A stretch of 64,000 nt of DNA, taken from Bdellovibrionota bacterium (GTDB lineage: Bacteria > Bdellovibrionota_C > UBA2361 > CALJRW01). The stretch's first letter is position 1; the number at the start of each line of letters is the position of its first letter. Below, one piece after another: positions 19,105 to 29,175 of the stretch. A model generated the notes under the pieces. It was not told the origin of the DNA. It did not search any database and saw only the letters and a list, made by a program, of their open reading frames with translations. The position numbers were made by a program, and so were the translations under genes. The stretch is taken from NCBI GenBank assembly GCA_041740355.1, contig JBGSMD010000005.1:1-64000 (forward strand), given 5' to 3'.

Positions 19105-21045
19105 TTACTCTTTTGCGCTAATTCTTTGCATCTTAATATTAGTTAGTTGAGAAAGTATCAGCGGGTAAGTTTCTACAGTGACAGAACTGGTATCAAGTCC
19201 ATAGCCAGTAGATTCTTTTATGCCTAAGATTCGTTTAAAGTAAAAGTAGGCGCGCATGATTACTTTTTCATAACTGCTTAGTTCATTATCAGCAGATAAG
19301 AATTTTCTTAAGACCACAAAGCGAAAGTCCCCAGGTATATTATGCTGCTTTAAAGATTTATAACGACTAATAATATCGACTTCTCCTTGCTCAGACATCT
19401 CCTGAATCACATGACGAAACAAACGATTCATTCTAGGTTCTACACGGAAACCTAATTTAAAATCAATTCGAAAAGCAACACCAGGAACTAAAGTCACAAC
19501 TTGGTATTCGCGTGTATGTGGTTCATCTGTCACATCAACATGTATAAACCAATATGTGTCTGCTCTTTTAGGTCTTCTTTGAAGTAAGGAGTAAATAATT
19601 TTCTTTTCAATCTTGGCAGGATTATTTGATTCAGTTAAATAGACTAAGTGTGTTGCAAATTTAGGCACACTATTATCTAAAGCTAATTCTTTGATCGTAC
19701 TTAAGTGCTTCTTAAACTCTTCGAATTCTGTATAACGCTTCTTAATTTTAAAACCACTTAGCCAAATCCACATAATTGCAAATAAAGCCATACTGATTAA
19801 AAGTGAGACCCAGCCGCCATGCAGAAATTTCTCTAAGTTAGCGATTAGAAAACAACATTCAATAAATAAATATCCAAAGAAGAAGATATTAATCGCTAAG
19901 GAGTTAACAGATCTTTTTTTCAAGTAAAATGCTAAAAGAATCGTTGTCATGATCATATCAATATTAATTGATAAGCCATAAGCAGCTTCCATATTGGCCG
20001 ATTCCTTGAAGTATAAGACAACAAGTATGCAACCAATCCACATTGTCCAGTTGACCATCGGTACATAAATTTGACCGCGAAGTTCTGTTGGAAAAATTAC
20101 CTTCACTTTTGGAAATAAATTTAGGCGCATTGCCTCAGTAATTAAAGTGAATGTTCCTGAGATTAATGCTTGGCTAGCAATGATTGCGGCAATTGTGGCA
20201 ATTACAATTCCAAAGGGTAAGAACCAAGTTGGCATCAATTCAAAAAAAGGATTTTTGCCAGAGATTGTTTGCCCTTCAAAATTCATTAGCCAGGCAGTTT
20301 GTCCGGCATAATTAAGCAAAAGACAGGTTTTGACTAAGCCCCAGCTAATACGAATATTTGCCTTTCCACAGTGACCCAGGTCGGAGTAGAGAGCTTCAGC
20401 ACCAGTTGAGCAAAGAAAAACTGCACCCAAAACCCAAAATCCACTAGGATATGTAATTAGAAAATTAAGAGCGTACCATGGATTAAGTCCTTTGATTACT
20501 TCTGGGTGGTGAGTAAGTCCCATAAGTCCTAAGACAGCTAGCATTGTAAACCAAACTAAAATTAGAGGCCCAAAAGAACGACCCACAATTTTAGTTCCTA
20601 GTTGTTGTGCCGAGAAGAGCAAAGTAAGAATCAATAGAACTAAGGGAATTGTTGGAATATTAGGACTGATATTACGAAGACCCTCAATTGCCGAGGAGAC
20701 AGAGATACAGGGTGTTATGATTCCATCTGCTAACAGCGCCGCACCACCAATCATTGCAGGGAAAATTAACCAGCTTCTAGAGTTTCTAACCAAAGTAAAT
20801 AAAGCAAAGATTCCGCCTTCCCCACGATTATCAGCATTAAGCGCTAACCAGATATATTTAATAGTAGTTAGCAGTGTGATGGTCCAAAAGATCATCGAAA
20901 AACTACCAAGAACTAAATCCTCTGAGATGACTTTGTCCCCAACAATAGCTTTAAGCACATAGAGGGGGGATGTTCCGATGTCACCATAAACAATACCCAA
21001 TGCAACTAATAGTCCGCCGACTGTTAAATTATGTCCAGTTTTCAT
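19105..21045 (-). CDS. kup: KUP/HAK/KT potassium transporter
   Basis: GIVYGDIGTSPLY, DNRGEGG, TGAEALYSDLGH, GQIYVP, AYG. Confidence 0.95.
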   Translation of the reverse strand: MKTGHNLTVGGLLVALGIVYGDIGTSPLYVLKAIVGDKVISEDLVLGSFSMIFWTITLLTTIKYIWLALNADNRGEGGIFALFTLVRNSRSWLIFPAMIGGAALLADGIITPCISVSSAIEGLRNISPNIPTIPLVLLILTLLFSAQQLGTKIVGRSFGPLILVWFTMLAVLGLMGLTHHPEVIKGLNPWYALNFLITYPSGFWVLGAVFLCSTGAEALYSDLGHCGKANIRISWGLVKTCLLLNYAGQTAWLMNFEGQTISGKNPFFELMPTWFLPFGIVIATIAAIIASQALISGTFTLITEAMRLNLFPKVKVIFPTELRGQIYVPMVNWTMWIGCILVVLYFKESANMEAAYGLSINIDMIMTTILLAFYLKKRSVNSLAINIFFFGYLFIECCFLIANLEKFLHGGWVSLLISMALFAIMWIWLSGFKIKKRYTEFEEFKKHLSTIKELALDNSVPKFATHLVYLTESNNPAKIEKKIIYSLLQRRPKRADTYWFIHVDVTDEPHTREYQVVTLVPGVAFRIDFKLGFRVEPRMNRLFRHVIQEMSEQGEVDIISRYKSLKQHNIPGDFRFVVLRKFLSADNELSSYEKVIMRAYFYFKRILGIKESTGYGLDTSSVTVETYPLILSQLTNIKMQRISAKE

Positions 21046-21142
21046 AGAATTAGATTTTTACCTCAAGCAATATTTATTGCAAGCACTATACGATCAAGTA
21101 GTTCGATCGTCGATGGTATATCTTAGAATAGAGATCCGAATT

Positions 21143-22204
21143 CTAAAAGTCACCGGATTGATTTGGTTGGTAAGAAATACCCATCTTTAGAATCTTTTCA
21201 ATAAGTTGAAAATAGCTAATTCCCATGTGTTTTGCCGATTCTGGAAACTCTTCTCCATGGCAAAGATTTGGGTTTGGATTTGCTTCCAGTACGTAAAGTT
21301 TATTATCGGCGGTAAGGCGAAAGTCGATCCTGGCATATCCGCTAAGATTTAAAATTGTATAAATAGTTCGGGCGATTTTAAAGATTTTTTTTTCCAACTC
21401 TGGGGAAATGTTTTTGGCACGTTCTGATTTAATACCTAATTTATTTTGATATTTATTATTCCACTTGGCTTTATCCGTGGCAATATTAGCACAGCCTTCA
21501 GGAAGATTCTTAAAGGAAAGTTCCCAGATAGGTAAACACTGTAAGGTCTTATGACCCATAACGCCTACATAAAGCTCGCGACCTTCAATATATTGCTCTA
21601 CAATTACATGGGTGCGGTGACGATTGTGCATGAAGTCTACTCGTTGGATCAACTTTTCTAGATCATAAACAAGAGAAGCTTGCGAGAGACCAACGGAACC
21701 TTCTTCTACTAATGATTTAACAATCAAGGGGAATTTGAATTTAGCATTCTTGGGAACTTTATGACCTATTAAGAATACCTTAAAGTCGGGTACGTTGATT
21801 CGATGATAGGAAAGGATTTTTTTGGACAAAGCTTTGTCGTGAGCAATAGTTAATCCACGAGGATTACATCCAGTATAGGATTGCTTTAGAAGTTCTAAAT
21901 AACTAACAACGTGTTGGTCGAACAGGGGATTGCCACTAAATTCTTCCAGAAGATTGAAGGCTACATGGGGTTTAAATTCACTGATTGCATCTCGAATAAC
22001 TTTGAGGTCTGAATCTACAGGAACTACTAATACTTGGTGTCCAATATTCTTTAAGGTACTAATTACATCGTATTCGGTTTTATAGGGAAGAATTTCTTTT
22101 TCCGATAAACCTTTAATATTATTTGGAGGAACAAGGCGACTATCGATTAAGACAATTACGCGGAGTGGCTTATTAGTCTTAAAGTGCGAATTTGTAGATG
22201 GCAT
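21143..22204 (-). CDS. ATP-grasp ligase, D-Ala-D-Ala ligase-like but non-canonical
   Basis: FPLIVK..EEGSVG, VEQYIEGRE, YARIDFR, LEANPNP; lacks Ddl GGxSxE and HGxxGEDG motifs. Confidence 0.85.
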   Translation of the reverse strand: MPSTNSHFKTNKPLRVIVLIDSRLVPPNNIKGLSEKEILPYKTEYDVISTLKNIGHQVLVVPVDSDLKVIRDAISEFKPHVAFNLLEEFSGNPLFDQHVVSYLELLKQSYTGCNPRGLTIAHDKALSKKILSYHRINVPDFKVFLIGHKVPKNAKFKFPLIVKSLVEEGSVGLSQASLVYDLEKLIQRVDFMHNRHRTHVIVEQYIEGRELYVGVMGHKTLQCLPIWELSFKNLPEGCANIATDKAKWNNKYQNKLGIKSERAKNISPELEKKIFKIARTIYTILNLSGYARIDFRLTADNKLYVLEANPNPNLCHGEEFPESAKHMGISYFQLIEKILKMGISYQPNQSGDF

Positions 22205-23195
22205 GATGAATCACGTTCATTGTTTGCACGGCAATCATTAGTGTTAGTTCACGCTTACTCTTTGGTTTAGACTTCCAACGACGCAGCTTTAAGGAGCTAG
22301 CTCTTTCAATCACTTCCTGTAATATTTGATCAACACTATAAGAAGGAGCCCCCGTCCAACCTGCAACCATTTCACGAACTTCCACTCGGTACTGCCGTAT
22401 AAATTGAGCCGCTGACTGCTCTTCCGAATACTTAGAATGATCGGAAAATATCTTTCTAAGATCCAGATCGTAGTAACCAGATTGCTCAGTACTATAAAGC
22501 ACTTTTTTTCTTTGAAAGTACTTCTTGAGAGTATAGTTTAGATTTTTGTGCGCTTCTATAGTCTTTTTGCTTTGAACTATTTGCTTGGTATTTTTAATTT
22601 CCGCCATTAATTCATCCACATATTCTAGCTTTTTGAGAGCTGGCCAACCTTTGTAGACTGTCCGCCAATTTGATTTAGGATTTAACCAAACAGCAAAGGT
22701 CTCGGCAAAGTCTTCGGCCGGATGTGCTTGAGCATACCAAGAATCTAAATGTAAGACATACTTCCGACTATTAGGGCGTGGCTGATAAGTCTTTGGGTAG
22801 GGGGCAGTGTAAGAACCAAAAATCTCGCGCCATTTTTTTTTCTTGTGGAGTTTGTAAGCATTATCAATTGCGTGAGCAGCTTCATGACGAAGGATTTTTA
22901 AACAGTCACGCTGTGATTCCCCTTCGGCTTGCATCATAATCTTTTTCTCAAGCCGTAATAATTTTGGGTGAGCTAAGTAAAAGGGGATTGCAAATCCTGG
23001 AATTCCATCAGGACAAAACCATTCTGTTGAGAACCAGACGTGTGGTCTAAATTCTAAATCTTTATTTTTTAATTCTAGGTAGAGTTTTTTGACCAAAGGA
23101 TAAATTGTAGATTTTTCCAGGTTAAGAGTTAGTTTTGATATCTTAGTTTCTAAGAGTTCTGTTTGAGAAAGCCGGGAGATATTTTTTGCAGACAT
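22179..23195 (-). CDS. Putative zinc-binding metallopeptidase (zincin-like)
   Basis: HEAAH (HExxH) plus HPAEDFAETF; ATG 23195 preferred; overlaps the ATP-grasp gene by 26 bp. Confidence 0.8.
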   Translation of the reverse strand: MSAKNISRLSQTELLETKISKLTLNLEKSTIYPLVKKLYLELKNKDLEFRPHVWFSTEWFCPDGIPGFAIPFYLAHPKLLRLEKKIMMQAEGESQRDCLKILRHEAAHAIDNAYKLHKKKKWREIFGSYTAPYPKTYQPRPNSRKYVLHLDSWYAQAHPAEDFAETFAVWLNPKSNWRTVYKGWPALKKLEYVDELMAEIKNTKQIVQSKKTIEAHKNLNYTLKKYFQRKKVLYSTEQSGYYDLDLRKIFSDHSKYSEEQSAAQFIRQYRVEVREMVAGWTGAPSYSVDQILQEVIERASSLKLRRWKSKPKSKRELTLMIAVQTMNVIHHAIYKFAL

Positions 23196-23423
23196 TAAAT
23201 TAAAAAGAATAAATAGATCTTCCTTAATAGCTTTACTTTTAATCAGCAATTGAAGCTGACTTGTAACTACCTACAGTCTACTAAAGGATATTGATAATCG
23301 GCAAGTTTTGTGGAAAGTTGAATAATCAGCCTAAATTGAACACGGAAAGGGGATTTGAAGTTTCTTTACAAAGAGCGCCTTAAGGGATACTCAAAGATCG
23401 ATATAGTAAATTAGTTACAGATT

Positions 23424-25439
23424 ATGCTTAAGACTCTCTTTAAATTTACAATTCTATTTTTAGCCATAACAACGGTCTATTTAAACCATTTTGATAATGC
23501 TTTTCATTTTGATGACTCTCATGCGGTGGTTGATAATGCCTACATTCGAGACTTAAGTCATTTACCCAGTTATTTTACAGATTCTACTACCTTTAGCTCC
23601 TTACCAGCAAATCGTAGTTATCGACCACTCCTGACAGCATCTTTGGCCTTAGATTATTATTTAGGCGGGGGATATGAATTATTCTATTTCCATCTCTCTA
23701 CATTTATCTTGTTCTTAATCCAATTAATTTTTCAGTATTATCTTTACAAGTATTTATTAGAGAAGATAGGGCAGCGCACATTTTCGGCCCGACTTTCTTT
23801 CTTAGCTGTTGCAATTTATGGACTGCACCCTGTTAGCGCAGAAACAGTTAACTATATTATTCAGCGAGGAGATTTACATTCCACCTTAGGAGCTGTGGCG
23901 GGGTTAGTACTTTATTTTTATTTTCCTAAGTTACAAAAATTTCAGATTTATTTAATTCCAGTCGCACTGGGGGCACTTAGTAAGCCACCAGCAATTATGT
24001 TTGCCCCGATCTTATTTTCTTACATTTATTTAATCGAAAATTCTGCCAGTTTAAATTTTTGGACACGGCATAATTTTTCGATTTTTTGTAAATCAATCCT
24101 TAAGACATTACCTGCGATAATTGCTTGTGCTCTGCTTTATCTATTGCAAGATAGGTTAACAGCAAGTAGTTGGACACCGGGAGGTAGTTCCAGTCTAAAT
24201 TACATCATGACCCAACCATATGTTTGGCTCTATTACTTTAAGTCTTTTTTTCTACCTACGGAATTACATATTGATATAGAACTTAAAGCTTTTACTGACT
24301 GGACAAGTCTGAATGCAGTAATTGGATATTGTTTTATCGCTTTTGTTTCCTATTATACTTATCTAAAAAGTTTTTATAAAGAAGGACGTTTAGTTAGTTT
24401 TCTAATCCTTTGGTGCATTTTTACCCTAGCACCAACCTCATTTATACCTCTTGCGGAAACAGTAAATGATCACCGTATGTTTTTCCCTTATGTGGCACTT
24501 ACCTTATTAGTCTGTCTGCTCATTAAGACTTATCTTGAAGATCATCTTATTCGTACAGGGAATAATTCCTTCGAAAAATTCGCCTCTTTAGGAATCATTC
24601 TTGTCATCTTAAGTTTAGCTGCAGCAACCTATTACCGAAATGAAGTCTGGGATTCAGAGAGTACTATTTGGGAGGAAACCACAATTAAAAGTCCGGAGAA
24701 TGGCCGAGGCTTAATGAATTACGGATTAACCAAGATGGCTGTCGGTGATTATCAGACCGCACGGTATTATTTTATGCGGGCAAAACATTATACTCCAAAT
24801 TATTATACCTTAGAAATAAATTTAGGAATCGTAGAAAATGCTCTCGGCAATAAGCTTGAGGCTGAAAAACATTTCCTAAGAGCTATTGAACTAAATCCTA
24901 GGGATACCAGTCCGCAATCATTTTTTGCCAATTGGCTTTTAGAACAAGGCCAAACTAGGAGAGCCATTAGTATTCTAAAATCAGGATTGCAACTTGATGT
25001 CAGTAATCTTCAACTTCGACATTTACTAATGCAAGCTTATGATACAGATGGAGATATTCCCAAATTAAAAGATCTGCTGGAAGAAACATTAATGTTGTAT
25101 CCAGCGGATCCAGTTACTTTAGCCTATAAAAGCGCTGAAAATTCTACGGAATATTACCAAAGGAAAGCTGAGCAATTACTAGCTAATTCATTAAGAGCTT
25201 ATCTTGATGGAAGATTTGAAGAGACAATTAGTTTTGCTAAGAAAGCTTTAGATATTAGGCCTGAGTATGCCGAAGCTTATAATAATCTTTCGGCTGGCTA
25301 TGCCAAACTTCAAAAATGGGATCTAGCGATCTCCAATGCTGAGCAAGCACTGCGAATTAAGCCTGATTTTCAGCTAGCAAAAAATAATTTGGAATTAGCA
25401 GTTTCTAAAAAGCAATTAGCTTTGCAAGAAAAGAGATAG
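23424..25439 (+). CDS. TMTC-like GT-C membrane protein with C-terminal TPR repeats
   Basis: FHFDD, YRPL, LHP..AETV, multiple TMs, then TPRs (AYNNLSAGYAKLQKWDLA...ALRIKPD). Confidence 0.8.
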   Translation: MLKTLFKFTILFLAITTVYLNHFDNAFHFDDSHAVVDNAYIRDLSHLPSYFTDSTTFSSLPANRSYRPLLTASLALDYYLGGGYELFYFHLSTFILFLIQLIFQYYLYKYLLEKIGQRTFSARLSFLAVAIYGLHPVSAETVNYIIQRGDLHSTLGAVAGLVLYFYFPKLQKFQIYLIPVALGALSKPPAIMFAPILFSYIYLIENSASLNFWTRHNFSIFCKSILKTLPAIIACALLYLLQDRLTASSWTPGGSSSLNYIMTQPYVWLYYFKSFFLPTELHIDIELKAFTDWTSLNAVIGYCFIAFVSYYTYLKSFYKEGRLVSFLILWCIFTLAPTSFIPLAETVNDHRMFFPYVALTLLVCLLIKTYLEDHLIRTGNNSFEKFASLGIILVILSLAAATYYRNEVWDSESTIWEETTIKSPENGRGLMNYGLTKMAVGDYQTARYYFMRAKHYTPNYYTLEINLGIVENALGNKLEAEKHFLRAIELNPRDTSPQSFFANWLLEQGQTRRAISILKSGLQLDVSNLQLRHLLMQAYDTDGDIPKLKDLLEETLMLYPADPVTLAYKSAENSTEYYQRKAEQLLANSLRAYLDGRFEETISFAKKALDIRPEYAEAYNNLSAGYAKLQKWDLAISNAEQALRIKPDFQLAKNNLELAVSKKQLALQEKR

Positions 25440-25453
25440 CTTATATTACCTTA

Positions 25454-25576
25454 TAACCGTTTAGAATTTGAGTGGAGGTCAAATTAAAAAATTAGTAAAA
25501 ACGCAGGTGTACTAATCGTACAGCGAGTATTTTGCTAATTTTTTTCTTTTGAGATCCGCCAAAGGCTAGACGGTTA
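25454..25576 (+). repeat. Palindromic element family C, copy 1 (123 bp)
   Basis: Terminal IR TAACCGTTTAG/CTAGACGGTTA; core GCAGGTGTACTAATCGTACAGCGAGTATTTTGC; second copy at 32846-32969. Confidence 0.9.
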
Positions 25577-25619
25577 CTTTAATTGAATTTTTTCCTAGAA
25601 CCGTATACAAATACCCGCT

Positions 25620-27356
25620 ATGCTTCAAGTATCTAATATCTGTAAATCGTATGGTGGCCAAACTCTTTTTGATGAGGGCAACTTTGTTGTTAACCCTGGA
25701 GAGCGTATTGGCCTAGTAGGTCGAAATGGTTCAGGAAAATCTACGCTTTTCAAATTAATTCTAGAAGAAGATCCCTTAGATTCTGGAGAGATTACTACGA
25801 CTCGTGGCTATAAAATTGGCAGGTTGGCTCAGCACCTCAAATTCACTGAAAAAACAGTTTTAGCTGAAGCTTGCCTAGGATTACCTGAAGATCGTTTGCA
25901 TGAAGAATATCGGGCGGAGATTATTTTAGAAGGTTTGGGATTTTCTGAAGAGGATCGTGGAAGAAGCCCCGCAGAATTTTCAGGTGGATTTCAAATTCGA
26001 ATTAACTTAGCTCGCTTACTTCTTTCTGAGCCAAACTTACTATTACTAGATGAACCGACCAACTATCTTGATATTGTCTCTGCTCGTTGGTTAGCAGGTA
26101 TGCTTCAAGACTGGCCAAATGAATTAATGATTGTAACGCATGACAGGGCCTTTATGGATAGCGTAACTACTCACACGATGCTGATCTATCGTGGTAATTT
26201 TAAAAAAATTAGTGGTAGCTCAATAAAACTATTTGAAACAATTGCGATTGAGGAAGAAGTCTACGAAAAAACTCGCCAAAATGATGAGAAGAAACGAAAG
26301 GACATGGAGAAGTTTATTAATCGCTTTAGAGCACAAGCGGGACGTGCTTCCATGGTGCAATCTAGAATTAAAGCTCTTGGTCGCATGGAACAGAAGGATC
26401 AGCTGACAACTGAAGATACACTTGATTTCTATTTTACTACCAAGCCATTTAATGGAAAGTTTTTACTAGAAGCGGAAGATATATCCTTTGGCTATGATCC
26501 AAGTCTACAGCTGATTAAAGATCTGACATTTAGTGTTGGTAAGAATGATCGCATTGGAATCATAGGAAAGAATGGTCGAGGTAAATCTACATTACTTAAA
26601 ATTCTAGCAGGTGAATTAAAGCCAAACACCGGGACATGTAACTTTAGTACAAATACATCGATTGCCTATTTTGGTCAGACTAATATTGATCGCTTATCAG
26701 AAAACCTAACTGTGGAAGAAGAGATTGCCCAAGCAAATCCTGATGCTAATTATACTCGGGTTAGAGGAATCTGTGGAACGATGATGTTTAGCGGCAGCGA
26801 TGCACTAAAGAAAGTCAAAGTTCTCTCTGGGGGTGAGCGGAGCCGAGTTCTACTAGGTAAGATTAGTACCGTACCTTCTAATTTATTATTATTAGATGAA
26901 CCGACCAATCACTTAGATATGGACTCGGTTGATGCGCTCAAAGATGCTTTGTTAGACTATGATGGCGGAGTTATCGTTGTCACACACGAAGAGAGTATGC
27001 TACGCGCACTTTGTACTCGTTTAATTGTTTTTCAAGGTGATAAGCCTTTTGTTTTTGAAGGTGATTATGATGATTTCTTAAGTCGGGTTGGTTGGGAAGA
27101 TGAATCATTCCAAACTGGAACTAAAAAGACTAGCAGTAAATCAATTAATACTGAGAAGCAGGCCTTTGATAAGGAAGTTAAGAATCTAGAAAAGCAGATG
27201 TCTAAATTAGAAGCTCAACAGACAACTATGGAAAAACAATTAATTGCTGCCAGTGAGCGGGGAGATTCTGCTCAAATTACTGAACTAGCAAGAAGCTTAA
27301 CTAAAATTGAAAAAGAGCTGGAAGATATTCTGGCAAGATTAGTTTCTAAATCGTAG
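25620..27356 (+). CDS. ABC-F family ATPase (ribosome-associated)
   Basis: Two NBDs (GRNGSGKS, GKNGRGKS, FSGG/LSGG, LDEPTN x2), no TM helices, C-terminal coiled coil. Confidence 0.93.
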   Translation: MLQVSNICKSYGGQTLFDEGNFVVNPGERIGLVGRNGSGKSTLFKLILEEDPLDSGEITTTRGYKIGRLAQHLKFTEKTVLAEACLGLPEDRLHEEYRAEIILEGLGFSEEDRGRSPAEFSGGFQIRINLARLLLSEPNLLLLDEPTNYLDIVSARWLAGMLQDWPNELMIVTHDRAFMDSVTTHTMLIYRGNFKKISGSSIKLFETIAIEEEVYEKTRQNDEKKRKDMEKFINRFRAQAGRASMVQSRIKALGRMEQKDQLTTEDTLDFYFTTKPFNGKFLLEAEDISFGYDPSLQLIKDLTFSVGKNDRIGIIGKNGRGKSTLLKILAGELKPNTGTCNFSTNTSIAYFGQTNIDRLSENLTVEEEIAQANPDANYTRVRGICGTMMFSGSDALKKVKVLSGGERSRVLLGKISTVPSNLLLLDEPTNHLDMDSVDALKDALLDYDGGVIVVTHEESMLRALCTRLIVFQGDKPFVFEGDYDDFLSRVGWEDESFQTGTKKTSSKSINTEKQAFDKEVKNLEKQMSKLEAQQTTMEKQLIAASERGDSAQITELARSLTKIEKELEDILARLVSKS

Positions 27357-27362
27357 AATTAA

Positions 27363-27989
27363 ATGCCATTAAAATATAAAATTTGTGGAATTAATAATAA
27401 GGAGAATCTTAAAGAGATTCTATTATTAAAACCTAATTTTATCGGGCATATCTTTTATCCAAAATCTCCCAGGGATACTTCAAACGAGGCTTTGACGAGT
27501 TTTCATGATGTTGATTACGGTCATAGCTCTAAGGTCGCTGTTATGGTTAACCCCACAGTGGAATACATCCATAATCTTTATGAAGATGAAAATTTTCGTT
27601 TTGTGCAACTCCATGGGGAAGAAACAGCAACTTTCTGTCAGGAACTCAAAAATAAATGTACTGAACTAAAGATACTAAAAGCTTTTGGGATTGACGAAAA
27701 TTGGAAGCAAGAAGTACTTCGGCCATTCTTAAATTGTGTGGATTATTTTGTATTTGATACTAAAACAGAGAAGTATGGAGGCAGTGGTCTTAGTTTTAAC
27801 TGGGAATTACTGAAAGATTATAAATTTGATATTCCATATTTGCTAAGTGGTGGTTTAAATCCTAACAACTTGGAGCAGGCTAGAGTTTTTGCGACAAGTC
27901 AGCCAAAATGTTATGGATTAGATCTTAATTCTGGTTATGAGCTTAGTCCTGGTCTAAAGTCAGTTGAGTTATTAAAAGAGATTTTATGA
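27363..27989 (+). CDS. trpF: Phosphoribosylanthranilate isomerase
   Basis: [32 protein letters not shown]. Confidence 0.93.
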   Translation: MPLKYKICGINNKENLKEILLLKPNFIGHIFYPKSPRDTSNEALTSFHDVDYGHSSKVAVMVNPTVEYIHNLYEDENFRFVQLHGEETATFCQELKNKCTELKILKAFGIDENWKQEVLRPFLNCVDYFVFDTKTEKYGGSGLSFNWELLKDYKFDIPYLLSGGLNPNNLEQARVFATSQPKCYGLDLNSGYELSPGLKSVELLKEIL

Positions 27990-29170
27990 GTAAATTTTTA
28001 ATCGCCGATAATGAAGGTTGCTTCGATGGATTTGGTGGAGCGTATGTTCCGGAAATGTTATTTCCAAATCTTTTAGAACTAACTAATTGCTTCCATGAAA
28101 TAATTCAGGAAGAAAGTTTTAAGAAGGAATTTGCAACACTCCTAAAAAATTATGTTGGTCGACCAACAGCTTTGTATTATGCCACAAATCTTTCTAAACA
28201 ATATAAATCTAATATTTACTTAAAGCGCGAGGATTTAAACCATACTGGGGCACACAAAATAAATAACGCCATCGGACAAGCACTCATTGCTAAAAGATTA
28301 GGGAAGACACGGATCATTGCCGAAACAGGAGCTGGCCAACATGGAGTAGCAACTGCAACAGCCTGTGCCTTATTAGGTTTAGAGTGCATAGTATATATGG
28401 GCTCGGTTGATACTAAACGACAACAGCCAAATGTAAAAAGAATGGAGATGCTCGGGGCGGAAGTTCGTCCTGTAGAATCTGGAACTAAAGTTTTAAAAGA
28501 TGCTACCAATGAAGCAATTCGAGATTGGATAGCAAATCCTGTTGATACTCATTACATCATTGGTTCAGCCGTTGGCCCACACCCTTATCCAGAAATGGTT
28601 GCTTACTTTCAGTCCGTGATTAGTGCTGAAATGCGAATTCAGTTTAAGGAAATGACAGATCGTGAAAATCCAACTCATGTAGTTGCTTGTGTTGGAGGTG
28701 GTAGTAATGCCATCGGAACTTTTTATCATTATATCGATCAAACTGATGTTAAATTAATAGGAGTTGAAGCAGCTGGGGAAGGATTAAATTCAGGTAAGAC
28801 TGCGGCTACTCTAACACTTGGAACGGTAGGAGTTTTACACGGTAGTAAAACTATTTTACTTCAAACTTCTGATGGGCAAATCGAAGAAGCTCATTCTATT
28901 TCCGCCGGTCTTGATTACCCGGGAACTGGTCCGCAACATGCCGCGCTAAAAGTTGCCGGACGAGTTAAATATGTATCAGTTACAGATCATGATGCTTTAG
29001 TCGCAGCTAAGTTACTAAGTCGTACCGAAGGGATTATTCCAGCTCTAGAATCTGCTCATGCCATTGCATATTTAGAACAAGCAGCTTTTGCTCCAGAAGA
29101 TCAAGTAATAATTAATCTCTCTGGTCGTGGGGATAAAGATCTTGATACTTATATTAAATTTTTACTATAA
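27986..29170 (+). CDS. trpB: Tryptophan synthase beta chain
   Basis: [46 protein letters not shown]. Confidence 0.97.
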   Translation: MSKFLIADNEGCFDGFGGAYVPEMLFPNLLELTNCFHEIIQEESFKKEFATLLKNYVGRPTALYYATNLSKQYKSNIYLKREDLNHTGAHKINNAIGQALIAKRLGKTRIIAETGAGQHGVATATACALLGLECIVYMGSVDTKRQQPNVKRMEMLGAEVRPVESGTKVLKDATNEAIRDWIANPVDTHYIIGSAVGPHPYPEMVAYFQSVISAEMRIQFKEMTDRENPTHVVACVGGGSNAIGTFYHYIDQTDVKLIGVEAAGEGLNSGKTAATLTLGTVGVLHGSKTILLQTSDGQIEEAHSISAGLDYPGTGPQHAALKVAGRVKYVSVTDHDALVAAKLLSRTEGIIPALESAHAIAYLEQAAFAPEDQVIINLSGRGDKDLDTYIKFLL

Positions 29171-29175
29171 AGTTT

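Noticed and set aside
21143-22204. Calling this gene ddl or a van-type resistance ligase
   Set aside because: D-Ala-binding motifs are missing and there is no mur or vanH/vanX context
13108-27362. Treating the block that splits trp as an integrative element or prophage
   Set aside because: No integrase, transposase, phage genes, tRNA or flanking direct repeats seen
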